IMG/VR virus record: IMGVR_UViG_3300045988_159857
Span: 51,791-115,790 of that record
Length of the DNA stretch: 64,000 nt
Source: a virus
Strand: one strand, 5' to 3'
In this document: piece after piece, positions 1 through 7,704 of the stretch
How positions within the stretch are numbered: position 1 is the first letter of the stretch
How the letters are laid out: each line of letters begins with the position of its first letter
The notes under the pieces: model-generated
The model's database searches: none
The model's input: only the letters and a program-made list of their open reading frames with translations
Told to the model about the DNA's origin: nothing
Made by a program: the position numbers and the translations under genes

Positions 1-92
1 CCTAAAATAAGAAACATAATACTAAGAATACCTAAAACTTTTCTCCTACGTCTGATTACCTTAATTCTTTCATTCTTAGTAAGTTTTTTCAT
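1..92 (-). CDS. 5' part of a small basic membrane-anchored protein (continues past left edge)
   Basis: GGAGG lies 8 nt upstream of the ATG at 92. The frame reads MKKLTKNERIKVIRRRRKVLGILSIMFLIL and stays open to position 1. Promoter 126..158 lies just upstream. Confidence 0.45.
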   Translation of the reverse strand, partial: MKKLTKNERIKVIRRRRKVLGILSIMFLIL

Positions 93-125
93 TTTCATTT
101 CCTCCAGTACTTAATTTATGCATAT

Positions 126-158
126 ATTATAGTATTAAATTAAATAACAATCAACTAA
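126..158 (-). promoter_or_regulatory. sigma-A-like promoter with extended -35 TTAGTTGA
   Basis: Minus strand reads TTAGTTGATT, 17 nt spacer, TATAAT. Confidence 0.6.
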
Positions 159-371
159 TTATATGAATACTAAGATACCTGTAAAGACTTGAAAAATTAA
201 CATTATTGACAAAAAACTTGTAACAAGACAAAATAAAATAAATAGTATTATTCTTTTTAATTTACACCTTTTACAAAATTCACCAAATATTGTGTTATAT
301 AATAACACACAATCAATAACAAAAACAAACAACCATATTATTAGTAATAAAGACCACTTAAATATTGTCAT
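159..371 (-). CDS. small hydrophobic membrane protein (2-3 predicted TM helices; holin-like candidate)
   Basis: 70 aa, almost entirely hydrophobic (LLLIIWLFVFVIDCVLL, RIILFILFCLVTSFLSIMLIF). AGGAGG lies 5 nt upstream of the ATG. Confidence 0.5.
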   Translation of the reverse strand: MTIFKWSLLLIIWLFVFVIDCVLLYNTIFGEFCKRCKLKRIILFILFCLVTSFLSIMLIFQVFTGILVFI

Positions 372-380
372 AACTACCTC

Positions 381-1127
381 CTATAGTAAATCGTCTTCTA
401 ATATTAAAACGTTCATTTCTCCTGTATATGCTGTACACCTGTCAATCGCATATATTCCTTCGTTCTCGTAAATGTTCCAACAAGCATTATCACCAAATTC
501 AGACATTGTTGTTTGAGATTTTCTTTCTGTATCCCTAGCCCATCCATACGAACAGTGCCAATGTCCACACACTGTTGTTTTATTAGGTACCAGTATTCCT
601 TTGTCAGCTAAATCCATACCGTTATACCAACAACTTTTAGACCAATTCCCATTTCTCCAGTTAAGGTCATATGAAGGAAAGTATGGTGTAAAACCTTTCA
701 TATTACAAGGTATCCAACCATGAACAAATACGTAGTTTTTAGTCTCAAAGTAGTCAACCATTTTGGAGTAAAATTCGTTAATTACTTTAGCTACTTGAGG
801 AAGTGTATATTCTTTCTTTTTAACTTTTATTTTATTAACAAGTGTTTGAAATGTTTCATCGGTACCGTTTTGATAGTCATGGTGAAGAGGGTATCCTCTA
901 TCAAGATAACTTTCCATAAGATATTCATGATTACCTTTTACAAGTACAACATTGTTTAACGACATTAAATATGTCATGACCTCATAAGGTTTGTCTCCCC
1001 TATCCCAATAGTCACCACAACAAACTAATAAGTCATTTTCGTTATTTTCTCTAAAACCAACACTCTTCAGTGTTTCTCTTAAGATATCGTAGTAACCGTG
1101 AATATCTGACACAGCGAAGATTCGCAT
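381..1127 (-). CDS. calcineurin-like metallophosphoesterase (Ser/Thr phosphatase / PrpE-like)
   Basis: Motifs SDIHG, GDYWDRGD, GNHE and GHWH occur in canonical order. RBS GGAAGGAG. Confidence 0.85.
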   Translation of the reverse strand: MRIFAVSDIHGYYDILRETLKSVGFRENNENDLLVCCGDYWDRGDKPYEVMTYLMSLNNVVLVKGNHEYLMESYLDRGYPLHHDYQNGTDETFQTLVNKIKVKKKEYTLPQVAKVINEFYSKMVDYFETKNYVFVHGWIPCNMKGFTPYFPSYDLNWRNGNWSKSCWYNGMDLADKGILVPNKTTVCGHWHCSYGWARDTERKSQTTMSEFGDNACWNIYENEGIYAIDRCTAYTGEMNVLILEDDLL

Positions 1128-1162
1128 TATTTATAAATCTCCTTCCACCTTTATTTTACTAT

Positions 1163-1195
1163 ATTATATTATTTTTAGTAGTAAAAAACAACTAA
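1163..1195 (-). promoter_or_regulatory. sigma-A-like promoter, -35 embedded in 3' arm of terminator
   Basis: Minus strand reads TTAGTTGTTT, 17 nt spacer, TATAAT. Confidence 0.5.
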
Positions 1196-1228
1196 GTCAT
1201 TTAAATATTTAATAGACTTAGTTGTTTT
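1185..1228 (-). terminator. rho-independent terminator
   Basis: 14-bp perfect stem AAAACAACTAAGTC/GACTTAGTTGTTTT, followed on the minus strand by a T run. Confidence 0.75.
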
Positions 1229-1240
1229 ATATAACCAGCT

Positions 1241-1930
1241 TTATATATGTTTTACTGTTGTAATATTTCCTTGAAATCCTAATCCATTAACTGTTCCGGA
1301 ACTTCTTGTTGCTTTAGACATACTTTTGGTATCAACAATAAATTCCATCATACAACCATTAGATAGTGTGTAAGAATGTGTACTATCTGTATGTTTATCA
1401 CTTTTAATATCTGCCAGAATAACTTTCCAGTGAGTACCTTCGTCTGTTTCTATATATAGTTTATCGCCAACTTTTCCATAATGAGTACCCATTGCTACAC
1501 AATAGTAATCACCTATTTTTCTTAAACCGTTCTCGTCGGTTACCGCTTGTTGTTGTAATTTGTAGGCAAAACTGTTTTTATTTGTTATTGTTCGGTAGTC
1601 CATATAACTTTTGAACGATGAACATTTTACCTTTGAAACAATATTGTTATTACTTTTTTGTGTTTGGACACTTAAATTATCAATCTTTTCTTGTAACGCC
1701 TTGTTTTCACTTTTATACTTTTCTAACTCCTCATTCAAACTATCTTGTTCGTTTTGTAATTGTTCAATCTGTTTATTTAATAAATCAATAGTACTTTTGC
1801 TACCTTCAATTTCTTGCTTATAGTTATATATTATATTATTAAAAGTATAAAACGTTGTACAACAAAAGATAATAAGCGATATAGCAACTATAATTTTAAT
1901 GTTAAACTTGTAAGATGTTTTAATTATGAT
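1241..1930 (-). CDS. membrane-anchored coiled-coil protein with conserved C-terminal globular domain (possible cell-wall-active domain); start likely non-canonical
   Basis: The ORF track starts at TTG 1738. The frame stays open 64 more codons, up to TAA 1936..1934. The extension encodes a TM helix (IKIIVAISLIIFCCTTFYTF) continuous with the coiled coil. GGAG at 1940..1937 is followed by ATC 1930, ATA 1927 and ATT 1924, with no ATG, GTG or TTG before 1738. Confidence 0.6.
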   Translation of the reverse strand: MIIKTSYKFNIKIIVAISLIIFCCTTFYTFNNIIYNYKQEIEGSKSTIDLLNKQIEQLQNEQDSLNEELEKYKSENKALQEKIDNLSVQTQKSNNNIVSKVKCSSFKSYMDYRTITNKNSFAYKLQQQAVTDENGLRKIGDYYCVAMGTHYGKVGDKLYIETDEGTHWKVILADIKSDKHTDSTHSYTLSNGCMMEFIVDTKSMSKATRSSGTVNGLGFQGNITTVKHI

Positions 1931-2024
1931 ACTTTACTCCTTTCGTAGATGACAAGTGTCATCTCCGCCGGTTATAGTTCACAAACCTCCTTTTCTTTTA
2001 GCTTAGGTTTCAAGTTTATGTAAA

Positions 2025-2052
2025 ATACAAACGGGTTTAATCCCGTTTGTAT
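2025..2052 (-). terminator. rho-independent terminator
   Basis: Stem ATACAAACGGG/CCCGTTTGTAT with a 6-nt loop, followed by TTTTA on the minus strand. Confidence 0.6.
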
Positions 2053-2068
2053 TGTTACCATTCGTTTA

Positions 2069-2596
2069 TTAAGCTTCCAAATCATTAAGTTTATAAATAT
2101 TTGCAAACTTAATAGTTTGTATTTCATTTCCTGAACTACCGTTGTTTTTCGTGAAATACAAATCTATTATACAATTTTTATAAGGGGAACCTTCAAGGGT
2201 TTCTGTGAAGAGGTAAATTCCTTCTTCAGGCCAAATTGTCAGAAACTTTGATTTTGTATTTGATTTTTCATTTAAGTTAGCAACCTGAAGGTAATAATTT
2301 GTAGTAACTAAATTATATTTAACTTTGTTTTCAACAATCCACTTATAATTATTTGTAGACTTTCTTTTTGTATCTTTTTCTTGTCTATTTTTAAGTCTTT
2401 CTACGACACTTCTAATGTTGTGATAATTAACACCTACTCGAGCACTTTTTTCAGTAAACTTAATTATCTTAAGACCTTTTTTATAAAAATCAGCTTTAAC
2501 AGGTAATTCTGTTCGGTAACCTACTCTAACAATTCTTCCATTACCAATGTCAGTAACCTTTTTAATTAACTTATCCTTTTCAATTGTTCCAAACAT
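2069..2596 (-). CDS. hypothetical protein
   Basis: Start trimmed to MFGTIEKDK (ATG 2596), preceded by AAGGAG. The longer ORF-track start overlaps promoter 2629..2661. Confidence 0.6.
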   Translation of the reverse strand: MFGTIEKDKLIKKVTDIGNGRIVRVGYRTELPVKADFYKKGLKIIKFTEKSARVGVNYHNIRSVVERLKNRQEKDTKRKSTNNYKWIVENKVKYNLVTTNYYLQVANLNEKSNTKSKFLTIWPEEGIYLFTETLEGSPYKNCIIDLYFTKNNGSSGNEIQTIKFANIYKLNDLEA

Positions 2597-2628
2597 TTTA
2601 ATAATCTCCTTATTTAATTTACACTTAC

Positions 2629-2661
2629 AGTATAGTATATTTTTAGTTAACATTCAACTAA
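2629..2661 (-). promoter_or_regulatory. sigma-A-like promoter with extended -35 TTAGTTGA
   Basis: TTAGTTGAAT, 17 nt spacer, TATACT. Confidence 0.6.
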
Positions 2662-3227
2662 AACTTATTTGAAGTTATTTCTTTATGTAGTTTAATGAAA
2701 TCCCAGGCCTCTGAAATGTTTTTAACTCGTATATCATAATAATTAAGTTGACAGTTATGATTATATGGCTTATCAATAAGTATTCTTATACTATCACTAT
2801 TTTTAATATTTTCTTCATAATCATCAATTATATAATCACATTTTATAATATCTTTATGTGAGGTAAAAATTATGTCAGAAGCTTTAATTACATTACCAAA
2901 ATGGTTTAATATAGAGTCTTCCATTTTCGCCTTGATTGTTCGATAATCAGAATCAGTAACTATATAAACAATGTTGTCTTTCTTCATCTCTTTTATAACG
3001 TCAATATAGTTGTTACTAACAGGAACATTTAACCAAAAGTACTCATTATATAAGGGTTCAAAAATTTCTTCTTTTGAAAGTGTTGGAAAAACTTTAGTCA
3101 TATCCCAATTACACACTTCGTTTACATTAACCCGTGTTCCGTGTTTGTTGTTTAACCAGTTAATCCAGGTTATTAACATATCGTTTAATACTGAGTCATA
3201 ATCACATAATATAATATCGTTAGACAT
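2658..3227 (-). CDS. HAD-superfamily 5'(3')-deoxyribonucleotidase-like protein
   Basis: N-terminal DxD nucleophile motif (ILCDYDSVLND). Size and layout resemble NT5C-type nucleotidases. RBS AAGGAG. Confidence 0.55.
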   Translation of the reverse strand: MSNDIILCDYDSVLNDMLITWINWLNNKHGTRVNVNEVCNWDMTKVFPTLSKEEIFEPLYNEYFWLNVPVSNNYIDVIKEMKKDNIVYIVTDSDYRTIKAKMEDSILNHFGNVIKASDIIFTSHKDIIKCDYIIDDYEENIKNSDSIRILIDKPYNHNCQLNYYDIRVKNISEAWDFIKLHKEITSNKF

Positions 3228-3257
3228 ATTTGTAACTCCTTAAATTTATGTAATTAT

Positions 3258-3290
3258 ATTTTAATATTTATTTAGTACATAATCAACTAA
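3258..3290 (-). promoter_or_regulatory. sigma-A-like promoter with extended -35 TTAGTTGA
   Basis: TTAGTTGATT, 17 nt spacer, TAAAAT. Confidence 0.55.
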
Positions 3291-3308
3291 AAAATAATTG
3301 TAAAATAA

Positions 3309-3333
3309 AACACCGGTATTAAATACCGGTGTT
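3309..3333 (-). terminator. rho-independent terminator downstream of tRNA
   Basis: Stem AACACCGGTATT/AATACCGGTGTT, followed by TTTTATTTT on the minus strand. Confidence 0.8.
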
Positions 3334-3371
3334 TAAGTAAAGGAGGACACAAAAATATAACAAACAATATA

Positions 3372-3445
3372 TGGCAGGAATAAGTTGATTCGAACAACTA
3401 CTGCAGCAGTCAAAGTGCTGTGTGCTACCGTTACACCATACTCCT
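3372..3445 (-). tRNA. tRNA-Gln (anticodon UUG), CCA encoded
   Basis: Hand-folded cloverleaf. Acceptor AGGAGTA/TATTCCT has one G-U pair. D arm is GTG(T)/(G)CAC with GG in the loop. Anticodon stem is CAGCA/TGCTG with loop CTTTGAC. T arm is AGTTG-TTCGAAT-CAACT. Discriminator G is followed by CCA. Confidence 0.9.
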
Positions 3446-3454
3446 ATATCAAAA

Positions 3455-3522
3455 GGCCTGGTACATAAAGGAAGGAAGATAAATAAAACAATACTAAATA
3501 CTACGGAGGTATGTACCAGGCC
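3455..3522 (-). other. long-loop hairpin between upstream ORF and tRNA (processing or terminator-like structure)
   Basis: 12-bp perfect stem GGCCTGGTACAT/ATGTACCAGGCC enclosing a 44-nt loop. TTTT follows, and the tRNA starts 9 nt later. Confidence 0.4.
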
Positions 3523-3532
3523 GAGGAATAAT

Positions 3533-3856
3533 TTACATTTCTGACTCTACTTTATTAAGCGTATTTCGATAGTTATCGAGTTCGGCGCTAGAATCATTTA
3601 CATACTTTATCATTTTTCTAAGATAGTTTTTAGATTCATAATACTGTTTAAGAGCCTCACGATATTTTTCATTAGCTCTTTTGTATCTTTTATCTCCAAC
3701 AAGAACGTCACAACGACATTTTGCAAGTCTGGCACCCTTAAGAGGGTCATATTTATCATTAGCAGAACAAACAGCCTTACATTTAATAGTTTTGCCGGCA
3801 TAATGACTTACACAATAAACTATATGTTTATCATCATTGAAATAATATCTATACAT
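3533..3856 (-). CDS. hypothetical protein
   Basis: 107 aa with RBS AAGGAG. Preceded by promoter 3895..3928. Confidence 0.6.
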   Translation of the reverse strand: MYRYYFNDDKHIVYCVSHYAGKTIKCKAVCSANDKYDPLKGARLAKCRCDVLVGDKRYKRANEKYREALKQYYESKNYLRKMIKYVNDSSAELDNYRNTLNKVESEM

Positions 3857-3894
3857 TTTTCCAAATCTCCTTATCCAAATTTACATACATATAT

Positions 3895-3928
3895 ATTATA
3901 TAATATAAATGTAAAAATTTTCAACTAA
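3895..3928 (-). promoter_or_regulatory. sigma-A-like promoter with extended -35 TTAGTTGA
   Basis: TTAGTTGAAA, 18 nt spacer, TATAAT. Confidence 0.55.
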
Positions 3929-4046
3929 TTTTTAATATTTCAGTTAACCTTTACAACAATATCATTTGTTATCTTGTAAAGTATACAAATATCGGGTGAT
4001 GGATGAAAATACTCTAAACATAATAATTATTTAATATCCAAAGGTT

Positions 4047-4238
4047 TTAAACATATATTTCCTCATCCGAGTGTGGTCCAAATTTATTTTGATATTTAAA
4101 CCTGTACGATGATTTGGTAACAACACTAGGTGAGCAATGATATAAAGTATCATCTTCCAATTTAATATAAATTAAAGGGTCATCATCCCCACTAAGTATA
4201 AAACCTTTACTTTCTGTAAATGTGTACTTAATTTTCAT
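4047..4238 (-). CDS. hypothetical protein
   Basis: 63 aa on the coding strand, downstream of promoter 4295..4327. The RBS is weak. Confidence 0.45.
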   Translation of the reverse strand: MKIKYTFTESKGFILSGDDDPLIYIKLEDDTLYHCSPSVVTKSSYRFKYQNKFGPHSDEEIYV

Positions 4239-4294
4239 AATCTTTAAACCATTTCCATTCTACCATTGTATCGCTACCTAAATTTTATACTTAA

Positions 4295-4327
4295 ATTATA
4301 GTAAATATTAAATAAATTATCAACTAA
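4295..4327 (-). promoter_or_regulatory. sigma-A-like promoter with extended -35 TTAGTTGA
   Basis: TTAGTTGATA, 17 nt spacer, TATAAT. Confidence 0.6.
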
Positions 4328-4359
4328 AAAATACATTATTTTTAAAAATGCGAAACATA

Positions 4360-4392
4360 ACGGGGAAAAGACCGTCATGTCATTTTCCCCGT
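4360..4392 (-). terminator. hairpin terminator after endolysin gene
   Basis: Stem ACGGGGAAAA/TTTTCCCCGT with a 13-nt loop. The T run is displaced by about 10 nt. Confidence 0.5.
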
Positions 4393-4415
4393 ATCACAAT
4401 TTAAATAAAAATAAA

Positions 4416-5498
4416 TTACTTGTAAATCTTAAGTACTTGTCCAACATAAATCCTGTTAGGATTAGAGATACCGTTGTCAGAAGCTATCTTACGATAGTTT
4501 GTATGGTATTTTACAGCAATACTAGAAAGGGTATCTCCACGCTTAACAGTATAAGTTACATAAGAAGGTTTGGGTGTACCAACTTTATTGTTTACAATCT
4601 TTTGGATAGTATCATAATCGTAACCTGCTGCAGTTAACTTATTCTTACGTTCAGCTCCATTACCCCATTGCCCCTTAAGTACTTCGTTAGCAATTTCTTC
4701 ATTTGATTTAACAGGAACAGTTTTAGTTACTCTTTCGTTAACAATTTTTTGAACAGCACTGTAGTCGTAACCAGCTTCTGTCAAACGTTGTTTACGTTCA
4801 TCACCGTTACCCCATTGTCCGTTTATAATTTCCGTAGCAATTTCCTCATTTGATTTCTTCACAGGAACGGTGTCGGTTGTAGTATCAGAAGATTTAATAA
4901 CTTCATTATACATAATGTTCATATCAACGTTTCCTGAAATACCGTCTACAGAACCCTTTGATGAATACTGCCAAATATCGTATGTTCTTGTAAAGTCGTT
5001 AACCTTCGAGGCGTATTCTGCTACCCACTTACTAACATTGTCGTACCAAGCATCGGTCATTTTCTCGTTCCAGAATGCCGAGCGTGACGAATAAATACCC
5101 ATCTTATAACCAGCTGCGGTTAACTGATTATAAAATTCTTTCATTATTTCTAACATTTTCTCGTTACTAATTGTTCGCCAGTCAAGTCCTTTTGTATTCT
5201 CGACATCAATGTACACAGGACCATCAATAGTCTTACCATTAAGTAATCTCTTAATGTGAGACATTTCACTAGTTACTTTACTTGTTGTTAAAGCATAACT
5301 AAAGAAATATACCGAGACAGGAATACCTACCCTGCGACACTCAGCATAGTTTCTTTCAAACTGTTTGTCATCTTGTGATTTAAGGTCATTACCAAGACCA
5401 CAGCGAATAATAGCGAATTGTACACCAGAAGCCTTTACTTTGTCCCAGTTAATTTCGCCTTGATATTTCGACACATCAATACCTTTAAATTCTGCCAT
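4416..5498 (-). CDS. endolysin: GH25 muramidase + 2 x CW_7 (Cpl-7-type) repeats + LysM
   Basis: N-terminus [27 protein letters not shown] is GH25-type. Two near-identical repeats occur (SNEEIAxExxxGQWGNGxERKxxLTxAGYDY). The C-terminal LysM reads [43 protein letters not shown]. Confidence 0.93.
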   Translation of the reverse strand: MAEFKGIDVSKYQGEINWDKVKASGVQFAIIRCGLGNDLKSQDDKQFERNYAECRRVGIPVSVYFFSYALTTSKVTSEMSHIKRLLNGKTIDGPVYIDVENTKGLDWRTISNEKMLEIMKEFYNQLTAAGYKMGIYSSRSAFWNEKMTDAWYDNVSKWVAEYASKVNDFTRTYDIWQYSSKGSVDGISGNVDMNIMYNEVIKSSDTTTDTVPVKKSNEEIATEIINGQWGNGDERKQRLTEAGYDYSAVQKIVNERVTKTVPVKSNEEIANEVLKGQWGNGAERKNKLTAAGYDYDTIQKIVNNKVGTPKPSYVTYTVKRGDTLSSIAVKYHTNYRKIASDNGISNPNRIYVGQVLKIYK

Positions 5499-5529
5499 AT
5501 AATAATCTCCTTTTTAATTATTTAATATT

Positions 5530-5703
5530 TTAGGTAAGTGTTTCTTTGTAAGGACATGTTTCTAAACACTTGTCTAAGTCACAATAAGTGTCATATACAG
5601 CGTCGAACACACTGTTATTCTGTTCCATCGCTTTTTCTTTTATTGAGTCTCCAACAGGACATTCATCACACTTTAAGTATTTTGTTCTATCAAATATATC
5701 AAT
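5530..5703 (-). CDS. candidate small Cys-rich protein (about 55-57 aa; start non-canonical ATT or ATA)
   Basis: The frame is open for 60 codons between TAA 5715..5713 and TAA 5532..5530 on the coding strand. AGGTGG lies at 5712..5707. ATT 5703 overlaps the upstream TGA as ATTGA, and ATA 5697 lies 9 nt from the SD. It encodes ...KCDECPVGD...YCDLDKCLETCPY.... The only ATG (5628) would give 32 aa (MEQNNS...KETLT) without an RBS. Confidence 0.35.
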   Translation of the reverse strand: MDIFDRTKYLKCDECPVGDSIKEKAMEQNNSVFDAVYDTYCDLDKCLETCPYKETLT

Positions 5704-5887
5704 TACCCACCTTTACATATAACCCACAATGACAAGGTCCAGGGTCCTTACAGTTTATAAAATCTTTACACATACATTTAGTGTCTTCATTTTTAATTAA
5801 ACGACAAGGACAATATCCATCATTATCTTTTAATTTCTTTCTAATGGAGTTTACAAGACTTTCGTCATTGTTGACGACTATCTTCAT
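5699..5887 (-). CDS. ferredoxin:thioredoxin-reductase catalytic-subunit-like (FTR/FDR-like) mini-protein
   Basis: 62 aa with a CPC-x9-CMC-x11-CHC pattern (GYCPCRLIKNEDTKCMCKDFINCKDPGPCHCGLYV). This recalls the CPC..CPC..CHC signature of FTR catalytic subunits. RBS GAGGTGA. Directly follows the nrdG-like gene. Confidence 0.6.
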   Translation of the reverse strand: MKIVVNNDESLVNSIRKKLKDNDGYCPCRLIKNEDTKCMCKDFINCKDPGPCHCGLYVKVGN

Positions 5888-5888
5888 T

Positions 5889-6362
5889 TTAACTTATCAC
5901 CTCAGCATATTGATTGTCACTTACTAAATCTATTCCTAATATTTTGTCATAATGGGGTTTTTGATTGGGAATAAATCTCCCGTATTTGATAATGATATTT
6001 TCATATTTACTTAACCAAAGTACTTTATCTTGTAACTCATCTTTATAATATCCTGTGTAGATAATAATTTTTGCATCAGTATAATTTCGCGCTGTCTTTA
6101 CTAAGCTCTTTAAATCTTCCCAACTATCAAAAGGTTCCAACCCTCCACAAACAATTGCTTTTGTGATATTGTTATTTATGAACTTTTTAACAATTGAACC
6201 TTCCGTTACATAAATATCTTTTTCATTTGTAAGGGAGATGTTTTGACAGACACAGTTCCCATTTTCCTTGTTACATTTGAAAGAACACTTTGGAAAGATT
6301 ATAAACATTGAAGGTTCTTTGTAATTACAGAAATCCTCGTATATTATATCTTTAACAAACAT
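5889..6362 (-). CDS. nrdG: anaerobic RNR activating protein-like radical-SAM enzyme (NrdG-like)
   Basis: N-terminal Cys cluster region is FPKCSFKCNKENGNCVCQN. The GGLEP SAM-binding-like motif is present. Size is 157 aa. Lies immediately downstream of nrdD. Confidence 0.7.
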   Translation of the reverse strand: MFVKDIIYEDFCNYKEPSMFIIFPKCSFKCNKENGNCVCQNISLTNEKDIYVTEGSIVKKFINNNITKAIVCGGLEPFDSWEDLKSLVKTARNYTDAKIIIYTGYYKDELQDKVLWLSKYENIIIKYGRFIPNQKPHYDKILGIDLVSDNQYAEVIS

Positions 6363-6821
6363 TTACATCACCATGTCGTGTTCTAATACCGAGTACCACT
6401 TACGCATATCTCCTTCTTTACGGCGAACCGTTTGCCAACTACTAACAGGGGTGTAGAAACCTACAACTCTACGGTATTTGTCCTTAACGCCTTTCCCACA
6501 CATAGGGCACTTTGTAGTTCCTATGAAAGAGTGTCCGTCTTCACATACATTTATTGTGGTAGTAAACGCCGAATATATTACCTTATGTTCCGCAAGATAA
6601 TTTAACATTTCCCAAGCAGCTTCTTCTGTCGGGAATCTATTTTCAATGTTAATGTGTGCAATAGCTCCTCCGCTACAAAGATTGTCTAATACACTACTTA
6701 CAGCACACTTTTCTTCAATAGTACATTTTTCATAAAGGGGTATCCACTGATTTGACAGTATAAAGTATGAGTTGTCTCCTGTAACTACTTTAGACTTTAT
6801 ATTTAATTCATTGAACTTCAT
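6363..6821 (-). CDS. nrdD: anaerobic ribonucleoside-triphosphate reductase, C-terminal fragment (glycyl-radical domain)
   Basis: Contains LSNQWIPL and SGGAIAHINI. Zn site is CEDGH..CPMCG. Glycyl-radical motif is RRVVGFYTPVSSW. AAGGAG lies 8 nt upstream of the third codon ATG (6821); the ORF-track start is 6827. Confidence 0.85.
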   Translation of the reverse strand: MKFNELNIKSKVVTGDNSYFILSNQWIPLYEKCTIEEKCAVSSVLDNLCSGGAIAHINIENRFPTEEAAWEMLNYLAEHKVIYSAFTTTINVCEDGHSFIGTTKCPMCGKGVKDKYRRVVGFYTPVSSWQTVRRKEGDMRKWYSVLEHDMVM

Positions 6822-7638
6822 TACCATAACTCCTTAATTCACTAATAAAATTTTCAAACTGACTGCGATATATCGTCATATAGTTTAATTTATTTTTAAT
6901 TGCAAGTTCATGTTTTTTCTTGTCTAAGATTGACCAAGTGTATATTATCATATTTGACCAATCGTCTCCTTTCTGAAGTAGTTCGTTCAGAACTTTTACA
7001 TCACGGTCGCATTTATCATTGTATGCGTGGTCAAAATGTGAGGGGTGTATATTCAACTCAATAAATAAATCTTGTGATTTTATATAGAAATCACACTTAT
7101 AAGGGTATCTTTCATCTGTGTATTGACATATTATATCATCTTTATTATATTTACATTGTAAGGCTTCGTAAGCAAGATGTTCATAACTAGAAGTTGCATA
7201 TGTCCCATTTTTCTTGCGGGTTTCGTTTGCAACCATACTTCTTCTTTTATACTCTTCTTTCGAAATAGTTTTTCTATTCCTTCTTGCAGAATCAGACATC
7301 CTTTTGTGGTATAAGTCGTACTCCTCTTTTGTCCAAGAATTTCTGGACTGTTCTTTTTTGTATTCCCTATTATCACGATAGTCGTCCGAAACATTTTGCC
7401 AGAACTCTTTTAGGGTATTAGAAATCTTCTCACTACGTTTACGGTTGTATTCTTCCCACATACCATTATTCTTTAATTTATCATTAACTTTTCTAACCCC
7501 GGCACCAGATTTTTCATTAAGTTCTTTCTGATTCCAATTTCCAATTGACCATCCCTCATCAATATATCTTGACAAATCCTCTGTTCTCACTTTAGTGTTT
7601 ATGTGGTCCTTATTTATAAAAGTATATATCTTTCCCAT
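6808..7638 (-). mobile_element. free-standing homing-endonuclease-like gene inserted in nrdD
   Basis: Start trimmed to MGKIYTF (ATG 7638) behind AAAGGTGA. The basic middle region has NUMOD3-like repeats (KRSEKISNTLKEFW; RKTISKEEYKRRS). The C-terminus YKCDFYIKSQDLFIELNIHPSH resembles Vsr/DUF559-type PD-(D/E)xK nuclease cores. The gene sits exactly between the two nrdD fragments. Confidence 0.6.
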
Positions 7639-7704
7639 CAAATCACCTTTACCAATTGATTTTACGTATATATACAATTTTAAATTTGAAATCAGTGGTT
7701 ACCT

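Noticed and set aside
151-158. TCAACTAAAAA repeats read as plus-strand signals, for example the preQ1-riboswitch AAAAAACUAA tail or plus-strand promoters.
   Set aside because: There are no plus-strand genes. On the minus strand every copy aligns as a -35 element with a correctly spaced -10, which explains the repeat fully.
3455-3522. A second tRNA or tRNA-like gene next to tRNA-Gln.
   Set aside because: It forms only one long stem with an unstructured 44-nt loop. There are no D, anticodon or T arms.
3610-3801. Nested minus-strand ORFs in alternative frames (3610..3801, 7131..7394, 25320..25511, 26319..26510, 36147..36329, 52526..52708).
   Set aside because: They are fully embedded in longer genes with recognisable motifs. 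None has an RBS or independent support.
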